A DNA stretch of 64,000 nt from Trichoplax adhaerens (Eukaryota > Animalia > Placozoa). The stretch's first letter is position 1, and the number at the start of each line of letters is the position of its first letter. Location of the stretch: contig NW_002060947.1 in assembly GCF_000150275.1 (NCBI RefSeq), forward strand, positions 356,695 to 420,694. The letters are read 5' to 3'. The notes beneath the pieces are model-generated. The model searched no databases, was not told where the DNA came from, and saw only the letters and a list, made by a program, of their open reading frames with translations. A program made the position numbers and the translations under genes. Shown one piece after another: positions 42,230 through 55,722 of this stretch.

Positions 42230-45033
42230 GGTAGCTTTATTTTCGAGCATAAGATTCGATGTCTTGAGTAACATGATTGAGTATCCGATTAGCACTACCT
42301 AAATCACTTTCATCATTATTTATGCCATAACCATAGCTAATGTATAACTTTTTCTGACAATAATTTATTTAGTGTTGACTTTCTTAAAGTAATTTCATCT
42401 CTTCATACGGTAAAAATTTAGTTATCAGGCCATAACCAATCTTAAAATGTATTACATGTACTGGTATATCATCCCGCTCATAGTAATCTCTTTCCCTCTG
42501 ATTTCTTTATAGCTTTCCATAACTTAATATCATTTATATCCTAATATAGCGAGCATATTACCGCTATGAGGTTAGAAATTCAATAATAACGATACTGCAA
42601 TCAGCTATAATACCGTAGACTAAATAGAGTCTTTTAGACATTATGATGATTTCATATGTGTCAAATATGTAACCTTAATTTTCAGAGTACTCTTCTTATC
42701 TTAATACCTTCCATCAATATCATAGAATTAATAAACAAATACAAATAATAATTATAAAGGCATAATAATGCATTCCATTTCTATTATCATTGACCTAACA
42801 CTATCTTGAAAAGCAAGAGATAGAATAGAATTTCCTTCGGTTGGCTTGAATTTATAGGACTACTGTATGCTGCATAGGTATTGATAATTTTAAGTTTAGT
42901 GATAGCATACGCCACAACTACCCTTATGACACAAGAAACGACTTAGTGCTTCTAGTGAATTTTACTTTAATCCGTAAGACTACTTCCCTAGCCTACGGTA
43001 CAGTAACTGAAATCTTTGTGAAGTAAACACACTAACCCACATCATAATGTAACATAAGTCTCCTTGTTCTTTTCTTTTTTTTGATTACTATTCTACTTAT
43101 ACACTTTATCAGTCGCAGTAAACATGTTTACTGTGCTATCGGCATAACTTTAATAACAATAGTGTTATTACGATTAAGTAATCATACTAATTCAATTCTA
43201 GTCAGTCAACTCATCAGGGTTGCAGTTAGTAGTTGCCAGTTATCGGCAATCATAAGTAACTATAATTGCTTGAGAAGTCTAAGCATCATCGTATCCGCTG
43301 TTTGATTTAGTTACGTTTAGTAGTTAGATCCATCGTGATCTATATTGCCTCAGTTAGACCGTAAGGTCAAATAATATTCAACGCCGTTTTGGATCACTAC
43401 TTGGTCTCAAATAAAGAGTAACCTAGAACTAATAGATATCGGTCAGGTATCGATTATTTGTGTAGAAGTAGTCCAATTAGTACATTAGTTGAAGTACCTC
43501 GAGAATTTCCCACATCTGTGGATGAATTATGTCTCATACAGTACGTTAAATATACTGAACTGTAACACTCTATCAAATTCTATATCGCTAATACCTACTG
43601 GAAACATTTACTATTCCATCACAATATCATAAGTTCTTACTTTATCGCTAGCAATAACAATTCCTAAAGAAGTGCTTTATATTTCTAAAGAGCTCCAAAC
43701 AAAATGTTATCCCAAACTATGCATCTATACTTAAGTAATTCTCACGACTGTGGCATCATAGTTTTCGCTTCTTTAGGAAAAGGTTAATAAGATTGCTATT
43801 TAATTTATTCCAGCAAAAATATTCTTGCCGAGATGGGAATGTTATCGTTAATTAAAATGTCAGTTCGTCTAAAATAAGAAATTTCATGTTATTAAGAAGA
43901 TTTCGACCCTAGCTTATCAATAATTTCTATTGAAACATATATGCTACCAGCTATCCATTTCTTTACGAAGTCGCATGAGGCACGCGAGTCAAAATAATAT
44001 AACTAGTAAACTAATACTAAAACTTAATTGCCTTTATTGATTAAAATTTTAATTTTGCGTTATATTCTTCTTTCGTGATCAAACCAACCAATCTGAAATT
44101 ATCTTTTCACTAGAATTTTCTGTTAACTGTAGCTGTAACTCAATAAGATACATAAAGATTCTTTTTTGTGGTCTTGCATCCTTTGCATACGTATATGGAG
44201 CCAATATTAGCATCATGATGTTGCAGTACCAAGTTTCTTTAACAGCTTGAAATGATCAAAGAATCTTATCATTGACTAGATCTGAAATACTGCTATTTAG
44301 TCTATATTGTAAAGTCTATTTGTTTAATGAAATAAAAGATAAATTTATTATATTTAAGTGACACAGATTAAATCAAAGCTCAGCTTTGGTCGAGTGGTAC
44401 ATCAACTTACAAGATGCTTTTAGCTTATAACAATTATGAAAAAAGACTTCTAGCATCGACAGATATGAGATGATAATCAGTCTCGTAAAATAATGTGAAA
44501 AACAAGAAATTAATATGCCAGATGTTCCTAATTACATCTCTAACACATGCTAGAATAGTTACTAGCAAACGAGCGTAATTACTTACCAACAATAAGTTGC
44601 TCTTCCTCTACGCTAGATTCTATCTTAATTTCAATCCATGGTTCCTCTATCTTTAAATCTTTATCATTCTTATTGCATTGCATGAATCTTTTATTATTTA
44701 AAATAATTTTCTACCTTGATTCAGTAAACTTAAATCATTAATCGTGATTATATCGGTATATATAAAATGGGAGATAATTACCCTATATCCGTTACGGGCA
44801 GACGTCTGATCAATTATCATTAACGATAATGCAATCTAGAAATTTCTTTGAGATCAATTCAACCTAGGCCAAACGAATTAAATAAATTGCTATCATAAGA
44901 TCATGCCTGCTTTGATAATTATCTGATGCCATATAAGTACTCTTGCAAGCATTCCCTTGGATTAAAAATATCAATTTCAGTTTAAAATATCTATCAGCAT
45001 TTATTCTGAAACATAGCTTTTGACTGTCACGGA

Positions 45034-48000
45034 ATGAAGTCTAAAACATCCATCCTGGTATTATCTATGATATTTATTCAAGCCGGTAAGGAGTATAGCC
45101 TAAACTATATCCTGTCATAAAATATTGTCTGGAAATATTCGAAAAAATGTTCTAAAAAATCGACTTGCACCGATTAAGTAATTTATTGTTATGGAAAAGT
45201 TGATACTGGTAAGACAGCAAAGACAGGTTATTGTTATAACTTTAAGCCAAATTGGTATAGGGTAATGTCGTTAAAATGATGTTAATTGGATAACTAAAAT
45301 CACTTCGACGATTCTATAATCCTTATAATTCGTGTGATTATCTATGACGATTCACCTTCAATACCGAACATTTATAAAAGCGCACATTTTTAGGAACTTC
45401 ATCGATCAGTCAAACTGTGATAGTCAGGAAATGATTTAATACAGTACAGCCATTCAGTATTTTATTATAGCGGTAAATAAGATCATATCGATCGAACTTT
45501 CGCAAATAGCATCCATACTCGCAACATTTCGACTGCATTAAAAACATCTTGTAATTCGAAAGCGTTCTAATACGATTTCAATCCGTTTTCGATACACAAG
45601 AAAACAACAGCTGTTAGCGGCGATCATTAATTTAAAAAATCAAATCAAGTCTGCATAAAACATTTCATGATCGAAAAAATCAGTTAATTCAGCTAATAGT
45701 TATTCTATATTCGTGATTTTATTGCTGATTGCAGTCTAGTTTGCTGTAGGGAAGTGACTTTAAGTCATATTGATGCTGATATTAAGTTATACAGATGTCC
45801 AATAATTTAGTGAGTACATGATGATACGGTCAACTAGAGTGCGTGCTGTACTAGTGTAAAATTTAGACTCATGCTACGTAAGAAATAACTTAGGACCTAG
45901 CATAATAGCGCAAGCTATTACACCGGTAAAGTTACGAATTTGCATTTGGAAATTGCCATTTTGATAGATTTGAGTTAGTCTTATCCGAAGAATACTAGCT
46001 TAAAGTCGAGTAATAATTTGTCAATTTGACAGTACTACTATCAATTCGTCCACCTTTTCTAGAGTAAGGAAATTGAGAAATAATGCAGTATTCTTTATGC
46101 GACTCCGTTAAGATTCCCTTCTCTGTCGTAAAAGCAGCTCTAAAAAAATTCTTTCTGTATTTACTGTTTCTTGGGTAGGAATGATTGTTTAAGGCAAAAA
46201 CTGTTGCCGATTGTCTAATTAATTGAGATCTAGTTTCTGTTCCGAACACTTATTGTTACACACATCAACTAGTTCCATATTACAACATTTGTAAATCTTT
46301 CATTATATTCAAAAATTTTAGCTTTGATCGCCATAACAAAAGACTAAATTTAGCGTAGCTTACGATCTATTCTTGCTCTAATGGTCCATTACAATCGAAT
46401 TTCAGTATTCCGTATCGAGTTACAAATAATATCTATTATAAGCACGATAGCAGAAATAGAAAGTAATTTTAATTAATAATAAACGTCAAACTAAATTGTT
46501 GATTTTCTAAATCAATCGTTAATTTTAATAAGGATAGTGTGAAAAATACTATGATGTCCAAGTAAATATATGTCTAGGATCATTTTGATCACTGAGAAGA
46601 TATTAGCTCAAAAAGTAATCACTGAAATCTTTTCACAAGTGTGAGAATATTCGAAAATGGTATTTAAAGCGGCCTAGCTTCGATAAAACGGCTCATATAC
46701 TATTATTCTCCTTTCAATTTTATTTCGACAAAAATGCATAACACATCAGTGTCCTCGCTTTGAATTTTGTAATATTATTAAGTAAGAGCATTTATTGCTG
46801 CGATATAAATATCATCGACAAATACTAAGAATTATTTTCAATTTTTCTCAGTTATTCGTGTGATGGCAGATGGTAGATAATTTGACTTGATTACAAAAAA
46901 TTAATAAGATAACGCTTAAATGTACTATAATAACATTTGAAATGTGTTTAATGGCGAATAAGATACCAAAGTTACAGTTCGCTTTGTGCCATCATGTGAT
47001 TGTAAGTGTAATTAGTCCACTATAATCTGGATGATTAACAGTTTCAAAACACCTGCTGCAAGATTTCTATTCAAGAATTTGATAATTAACGATATTAAAT
47101 GCATAAAACAATAAACTTCTTGACGTTTATTGCTCAAGAACAATAAAATCAAGCCATGCTTCATAAATCATAAGAATGAAATAAACAAGTAAACACTTGA
47201 AGAATGATATTATACCACCGAAGAGAAACGGATAAAAAAAATATGAAACTTAGTTAATTTAAATTTTTATAAGGTTGTAAGAAGGATAGTACATAAAGTT
47301 CAACATCAACTTTAAATGCCATTGTTATTGTCTAATCATGAGTTCAATAAAGCGTTTTGGTAGATATTGAGTACTTATTTACCTTATATATATTCAATTC
47401 ATCCTGAAAACCGTAGAACATTTGTTCTACAATAACAATTATACTCTAAAAGGAATTAATCTCCATCGCACGGTAATAAGTTAATTCCATTAACGTTTCC
47501 TTGCTATGGATTAGGATATAAACAATATATAATGGATATGCAATGCAAATAATTACGTTTCATATTGCATAATAATCTAAAGAATGTCTTACTAAAGTCA
47601 AAGAATTATTTCTCTACAATTGCTACAGTATGCACTTTCGGATACAGATTAATATTGCAATAACTTCTACAATAGTAACTGTCCATAAAAGAAGACTAAT
47701 TCTATCTACACTACGCTGAGTATATAGCGTAAAATTAGATCGATATTTATAGCGACCCATCTATGGTAATTAAAGATTTCAATAACATCTTAATATAACA
47801 ATAAATAGTTTATCTACTCTAACTTTGTTCAAATTAATGAAACGAATTTACTGGGCCGCTTCAATTTTATACTTAAACTTCTGTTTCCTTATAATTCCTG
47901 CATGCTGAAGAAATTCTTCTTACACTTTATTCGCTAAACCTAAAATTACTCTTGCCATACCTATATGTTCACGCCAATCTAAGTTCTAAAAATGTTATGA

Positions 48001-51000
48001 AATAGGTATTAACTAATTATAGAGGGTAGCCCTTTATTACTAGAGTAACATTATCTTAATGTAGCTACAGGACTTTCTTCACTTACTTTGCAACAAATTA
48101 GATCTAAACTAGAACAATAGCCAGGTCAAATTACTGCTATAAATTTTTTAATATCATATTTTTACTTAACGCACTTTGCTTGTTGCGATAAAAGTGCCTC
48201 ACAATAACTATCTTAGTCAAATGGTATTTTAAAGAAGGCTTTTATTGCAAGGTAGTAAGAGTTGTAGAGCAATAATTAATTACTACAAGAATCTAGATTA
48301 AAATCTAAAGTATTCCGAGCTCAAAGCAAAGTGAAGTCTCTTCTCTCCGGTAAGCTCATCTCAGCACTTCTTACGTACATTTCGTTAAATCTATTTATGA
48401 CGACTTGATTAACGTACAATCAGACATGGGTCATTAAACGAAATGCTTTTCTCAAATAGTACATCATTATCTTCTACAACGTAAATTATTCTACTTAATA
48501 TGTCGCCACTATTCTATTAATGTCTAGCCCCTTCCTTCGAAGGGCATCTTAACAATTACAGCGTTTCTAGCCACATAAATCTTATATCTTAATTAGTAAA
48601 CAGTCTAATATTAGTCATCAGGAATTTCTAATACTGTACTTAGCAATCATCTAATATTAGCTTCACGACAATATTTATTCAGGGTAACCCAACTATATCA
48701 AATATAGCTATTAAAAAAATCAAATATAGCTATCCTTACAATCAAATGTGGGTGCATCACCACACTAATATACTCGTGTATGTTAATAGACGTTTTATAA
48801 AAATAATTTGAATTTCTTATAGCTTTTTAGTTTACATGCAATGCCTATGGATATTTCTCTGCATAATTGGTAACGTAACTTGTTAATAAAGTTTTACATA
48901 GAAATAATTCGAATTTATTTTTGGGTATTAGCTTATTCACAGTGTCCATCGATGTGCCTTTGCAAAATCAACAGCGTAACCTGTTCATATGCAAATCAGA
49001 TACCTAAGCCTAAGAAGCCTATGCCTACAGTCCATAATTTGTAAGTCGTTACGCAGTAAATTCAGTACTGTACAATGATATAACTATCACTACTACAAGT
49101 TTAACCTAATATATGTTTATACCTGTAGCTCTAATTAAAAGGTGATTTAATTTTAAATAGTAAAGAAAAAATTTTTTTCATTTGATAATCATCTAGAACG
49201 GCAAGATTTACCGAAATAGCTAACATCAGCAAAGATGATTTCATTAACTATCCAAGCTTGCTGCATTTGTAAGCACTGTAGAGATAAAACATTATATTAA
49301 TTATATATGTAAGTATTGATATAATATACTGTACAGTATAGTAAAATATGTTCACTGCCGGTACTGTTACTATATGCAACACTCTGCTCTAGCTATTAGA
49401 TACTGAAAAAGCTTTAATTAATGCTGTAGTTTTATATCTTACTGCATGAGCTACAGTGAGATTGAGGTAGAATCACTAGTCTCTAAACAAATTTTGTTCT
49501 ATTTCCTAATCTTTAACCCAAGTAGGCTATAAAATAGAAAGCACTTATTGTTGCTATTAAATATTTCTAGAAATCTTCAAAATAACAAAATTGACAACAT
49601 TGAAATAGGAGCTTTTAATAGAGTAACGTCACTTATATCCATGTAAGTACAGATATATGAATGGCTCTTAGTTATTATTCATTTAAACCTTAATGTATAA
49701 ATAAGATATTTCATGAAAATGGTAAATCCATTCAATGACTAATTATATAACATACGCGTATATTAAGTGATATTAGGACTGTAGCAAATACTGTATAAAT
49801 CTATATATAACATTGAGCAAAGCAGTAATTTCGACAATTAAAATATTAACTTGTCTTATAAATTTAATTAGAAATTTGTCAAATAACCGCCTAACAGTAC
49901 TAAAGAGCGAAAGATTTGAAAGCCTAAGCCGATTAGTAAATTTGTAAGATGTGTTCTATGCTATAAAAATTTTCTCATACTAATCTAGCAAAGGCTATTT
50001 GAGATAACAATCAAGGTCACATTATCAACTTTGAATAAAAATTCTTCGACGACTCGTTAGAAATTTGATATTTAATCGGATTGAAATCATACAGAAGGAT
50101 GCTTTTCTAGGATTATCCACCATATTTTCAATGTAAGACACTAGTTTATTTCATATTAAATATTAATCGATGGGGTTAAACGGTATTGGTAAATAACAGC
50201 AACAAACTGATCAACTTATGTAGACAATTCGCATCTAAAACACTAATCCTTGTTTGGATTTTCTATCCTCTCAATTAATGATCAAATAGCAACTGTCATT
50301 GCTATTACAGTCCGATTCTTGTATTTATCGGCAGTATAAATTCACTTTTAATATTATTTACTTGCTTCATTATGAGATTGTGTATTTCTAAATTCGAATT
50401 TGAATCATCATAAACGTTGCTTATGTAGTATTAAGATATTCCTAAGTTCATTTCTTGCCTTATGATTTTAATCATAATTTATTGGCGGAACGAATGCATA
50501 CCACATACCATACTTCGGTATCTAGTAAATTGCAAATATTTCCACCTTGAAAACTTTGGCTTTATTGTAGATTATGTTATATTTTCTTTAGTAACCACTC
50601 ATACTAATTTCTGTAGACTTAAACATTATTTCCTAACAAACTATTTTATTGAATAGTTTCTAAATATGTAAAATAAATTACCCTTAGTTTATATGTTACT
50701 ATCATATCGTGAACGAAAACGCTCAGTTTTTCCATAATATGGGGAGAGATACATCTTTTATCATTATATTGGAGTTGAATCGTTTTCAACTCATTTATAT
50801 CAATTACATCGTATGAAAATTAATTACAACTGCAAAGACATGAATAGTTGTCATGAAAGTATGCCAGTAATGCGTAGTATGAATGTGTAACTAATCTAAA
50901 AACTGCCTAATTTCAACCGATCACGCTATATTCTGTATATGTTATCGCTTTTTAAGATATATGCCACTTTCGAAAGGAGGATACTAAAAATTGGATAATT

Positions 51001-54000
51001 TTCCTAATTTTAGCGATTTACGTTTCAACTATCTCACCTCTATTACAGAAACTAATTNNNNNNNNNNNNNNNNNNNNNNNNNNNNNNNNNNNNNNNNNNN
51101 NNNNNNNNNNNNNNNNNNNNNNNNNNNNNNNNNNNNNNNNNNNNNNNNNNNNNNNNNNNNNNATTTCTTCTTCATAACATTATCACATAATATCTGTAAG
51201 TCTTAACATATGGTAACATTCGTATTAAAGAAATTGTTTTAATCCACAAACATCTTTACTCTACTTTATCTTTAACCATAATAACTAGTTATATTCTGAG
51301 TTTAATGCAATAGTTGGAGCTTAATTAACTAAAAGTACGATCAAGCATTGCAGCACTAATATTTGCAAAGGTTAACTGCATTCACTTGACTAATTTCAGA
51401 CATTTGTTAGCTAATAACATATCCATCTTTAATAGCCGCGATTTTAAGGGGATTCCAAATCTGGAACATTTGTAAGTCTCCATAGTTCTAATAAGCTAGT
51501 AATCGCTACCGTTTTAATCTATTCACCTAGTATATATCGAATTAATCGTTGTTATAAAATCTACAAATCAAAAGGATAGTAGAAATTTAAACTCTGTGCG
51601 TTACAATTTAGTAGCAAGTTCTGATTAATGCCGCATTTGAAATATGACAATAGTACTTCAGTGATGTCTATAATACGAGTGTTAAATAAAAAAAATAGCA
51701 GTACAGAAATATTTTAATATTTTTTAAATGAGATTGCTTTACCAACAGAAGACTACGTTTTAACTATGTCTAGTCAGTTAATTGTTTCATAAATAATGTT
51801 GCTATCATGCAGTTCAAATAAAAAATTATCGACGTAAGTTTTTACATATTTTATCCTTTTTAAGCATTTATTAACTAGTTAAATAAAATAACGATATACA
51901 AATTCTACAAAAATGTTTTATTGCTAGAGATTTACAACATCAGCAGCATGCAATGTCTGCAATATCCTATGATGAACTTAAATCTTTAACTAAATTAACC
52001 CAACTGTAAGTAAAGGAATCCTACAAATGACACGAGTGAGAAAGTTATTGAAGTAAGATAGGTTAAGCTATTGCCATATATATTTCCGTAATAGGCAAGC
52101 CATTATAAATATACGCCTAAACTATAGCCGAATATATTCTTAATAAAGAACAATTCAATAGTATCCTGTTTAAATTAATTAACTAGCAACTGAATAAATA
52201 TTCTATTACAAAATCTGTAGAAAACTAGGATACAATGCTATTAAGACTCTTGGAAACGGCGAATTAATGCTCCCAGCTTTAAAATCACTGTAAGCTGTAA
52301 ACGAAAAAGCAATTTTTTTTAAAAATAAAGGCTAAAGAATTTCTTGGCATTATGCTACCCTCCTTAAACTGAATAGCCTTAAACTGAACAAAATTTGTGC
52401 TTGCTGTTTTCGTCAATAAATTTTGATTGCCTAATCATTTATAGGAGAATAGAGAATAACAAACTGAAATTCATATATCAGCACGACCTTGATGGAATGC
52501 CCAATTTAGAAATACTGTAAGTATGCATTTGACGTTAGGAGACTAAAATAAAATGGCTGTTTAATCATCCGATGCATTAGTATTTGATTATAGACAGCTT
52601 ATACGAGTAATATATTTGTCCAGTAGCTTAATCATTAGTCAACGCCTATCAAACTTCTGATCATTAGTATTTCATAATATTGAAATCAAATTAATTCTAG
52701 CATCAAAGAAATAACTTGGTTAATAACTATTTAGTTACAAACTACTAGTATCATTTTTAACATAAATAATGTCATGAAAACAAATTATTTTCTTAGTAAC
52801 ATGAACTACAACAAAATTACAAAAATCCAAGATAGCGCGTTTAAATTGACGACAAAGCTGCGGTTTCTGTAAGCATGAATTAACTCTTTCAAGTCAATAC
52901 AACCTTTATTGTTCGAGTATTCATTATTTTAATTTAACAATAGCGGCTATACTAAAATGTTTTACATGGTATCATTTGCTACCTAGATATGTTGCATCAT
53001 CACAATTTATAACATTGAATGCGGTGCTTTAATTGGATATATATGCCATCATAGCTTTAAGAATTTTTTCTAGCGTCATATTTAGTATGTATAGTTCATA
53101 TATACGTGTATCCAATTTAGGCAGCTGTCTACAAATCGTATTAATTCATTGCCTGATAGCATATTCTCAAATCTGGTTAAATTAGAAGTCATGTATGTAT
53201 CGCAAGATTTTAGTAGAAAATCGCCTTTTATACCTCATATTGATACTTAATCTATAGTTAGAACTATTTTCAGCCAGAAATTGGCTTTCCTAGCTCATTA
53301 GCATATTATTTGATCTTTAACTTCAAAAGTATAACGCCGTAATTCTTGATTCATATTAGGGATTTAAGTAACAATCAGTTACAACATATTTCCCATTTAC
53401 ATTTTAAAAAATCGAACAAATTGCAGCAGCTGTAAGTTAATAATGAGTCCTACCGAATGATATCTGTTTAAGTTTTTAGCTAAGAATAAATGCAACCACA
53501 TGGTACATGTGGTAAATACTAGCTTTCACTGTTAATTGGATATGCTAAAGTTCTATTTATTCCACTCTTTCAGCTACTTAAGTACCAATAATATTCATAC
53601 CATCGATAATTATAGTTTCCGAAATTTAAATAAGCTAAAACGCTTGTAAGTAAAAGCCTAATAACAAACATACGATAATTATATATAAATATTGGGGTGA
53701 AAACAGATAATAATTCGTAAGTAATGAATTTTATTGTATATATATATATATATATATAGGTTACTTACCAATCTGAACTGTTAAAATAAGTTTTAGTGTT
53801 ACAGTCACATACAACTACAAACTTACAGCTTACGGAACGAAGTAACAGTGCAGTTTATTATTTTCACCCTTTTTTACTCTTGACGTTTAATCATCTCATC
53901 TGCAACAATACTATGCGATAATCTTACCCCTTTTAATTAACTTCAGTTACTACCTTCTGCAGAGCTTTGAACATGAACGCGATAAGAATCATTACCAGTC

Positions 54001-55722
54001 AAACATTGATTGGATTGAATTCCCTGGAATCGCTGTAAGATTAGTTATTTCATTTTTGTATTAGGCGAAGCTTTACCGGCGTTGAGTGTAATAAATTAGT
54101 AACTAGCACTAATTTCACTCCATTAATCATTCCAGCTCTTTATCGATGAATTGCTTGCAGAATATCGAAGATAATGCTTTTATAACACTTCAAAGCTTAA
54201 CGTCGCTGTAAGTAAATGCATACATACGCGTGTGCTTGTCTTATGGCCTACCAATTAAAGTTCCTATATTTTATAGCATTTTAGCGAGTACATCAGTGTA
54301 GATGGCGTAATATTAAAAAATAAATATTTTGCCTTTATAAATTAAATTTAGCTTAGATATCAAAAATGAGCTCACCATCATAATAACTACGGTATTAGAG
54401 ATGATAACCTTGCGTTAATACCGATTTCTTCGTACACTTTGTCGACACTGCTCGGAAGTGTTCGAAAAATGTACAATGACGAGATCAAATTTACTGTACA
54501 TCCTACGAAGTCACAACTAAATTTATCAACTATATTGAGCGCATTACAGTGTGCTATTCTAAACCAACATATCACATAAAAATATCAAAGTAATCAAGAT
54601 ATTTCTATTTTTCTATATTTTAGAAGAATTAGTAACAATATGTTAACAACTTTAAGAAAAAACACATTTACCGGATTACGACAACTACAGTTCTTGTAAG
54701 ACTATTTATGGTGACGTAGACGTAATACTTACACAACCTGCCTTTAGTAAATTTGTTACACAAATAGCATATAAACTACATATGTATAGTAAGTAATTAA
54801 TGTATTCGTTATTATAATTTAAACTTTAGGGCTTTGCAGGATAATTATTTACAGTGTGTGTCATCCAGCGTATTTAGGCAACTTCCACAATTATTAATAG
54901 TGTAAGTTTCATTAAGTACTATTAATAAATTTATTTTTAGTTTATAAAGGTAATTTTGTCACCATAGTTTGCTAAACTAGCTTATCAAAAACTGTGCTTA
55001 CAGGGGTACCAATTTTACATCCATATGTTGTATGTTGCAAGCTAACACCACATGTTATTCTGTCGGTAAAGCTATTTGTCCAAGAAATATTAACTCATCT
55101 TCCTGTAATGTTACTATTCTACCAGCCCCTTCTATTCGATGTCCGTATAGGTAAATGATGTCCTCCTAATATAATTCTGACTATTCTGCCACAAAATTTT
55201 AGTTCTATCAAACCATGCTCAAATGTTTAAAAGCTAGTATAGGCTATGCAAATATTTATGATAAACTCGTAATATTATTCTGACTATTCTGCGACAAAAT
55301 TTTAGAACTATAGATGTTTATCAATGATTTTATATGCGCTAAACAAACATTTAGATATAAAATTTTGCTTAAACTATCAATATTAATATAATTTTTCCTT
55401 GTTAGAAGTAAACCTGAATCAACTAGCATCGATTATAATAGCAACATGATTGCCTGACTTTTTTCGCTATAATAATAGGATATCAACGTCTCCTACCCCA
55501 GCATTACAGGCATCATTACCGACCAATTCAACGCCCATTTATACAATGAATCTTACTGCAACCTTTTTCACTCCATCTACTACTAATAGCACGACCATAC
55601 CATATACTACTCATCCATCAACTTCTAGTAACGGAAGTGCCATATCTATGGTACCTATATTTCATCAGCTCAAAGTAATGGCTACCTGTATAGCAGCTCT
55701 GTATTTAATAAGTACCATTTAA
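45034..55722 (+). CDS. Extracellular LRR protein 5 (signal peptide, LRRNT, 17 LRRs, 6-Cys cap, long mucin-like stalk, GPI-type tail), ~590 aa; one exon crosses an assembly gap
   Basis: Signal peptide 45034-45085 (MKSKTSILVLSMIFIQA). LRRNT 48932-49040 (QCPSMCLCKINSVTCS). LRR exons start at 49197, 49571, 49872, 50061, 51014 (interrupted by Ns), 51400, 51928 (78 nt), 52221 (69 nt), 52445, 52797, 53121, 53360, 53574, 53963, 54136, 54624 and 54830. Cap 55004-55150 (GTNFTSICCMLQANTTC...IRCPY). Terminal exon 55479-55722 (ISTSPTPALQASLPTNSTP...STSSNGSAISMVPIFHQLKVMATCIAALYLISTI*). Confidence 0.85.
51058..51162. other. Assembly gap (105 N) inside an LRR exon of gene 5
   Basis: Run of N. The exon DLRFNYLTSITETN... 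runs into it, and a CT|GTAAG donor follows at ~51195. Confidence 0.98.
53737..53758. repeat. (TA)n microsatellite
   Basis: Intronic run of about 11 TA units. Confidence 0.9.
55167..55310. repeat. ~42-bp imperfect direct repeat in the last intron of LRR gene 5
   Basis: taatataattctgactattctgccacaaaattttagttctat (~55167) and taatattattctgactattctgcgacaaaattttagaactat (~55270). Confidence 0.8.

Noticed and set aside
8667-55722. Lamprey-style incomplete germline gene with flanking donor cassettes, or a CRISPR-like array
   Set aside because: Each exon set has its own signal, LRRNT and cap exons and canonical splice sites. I saw no identical direct repeats or RSS-like signals between exons.
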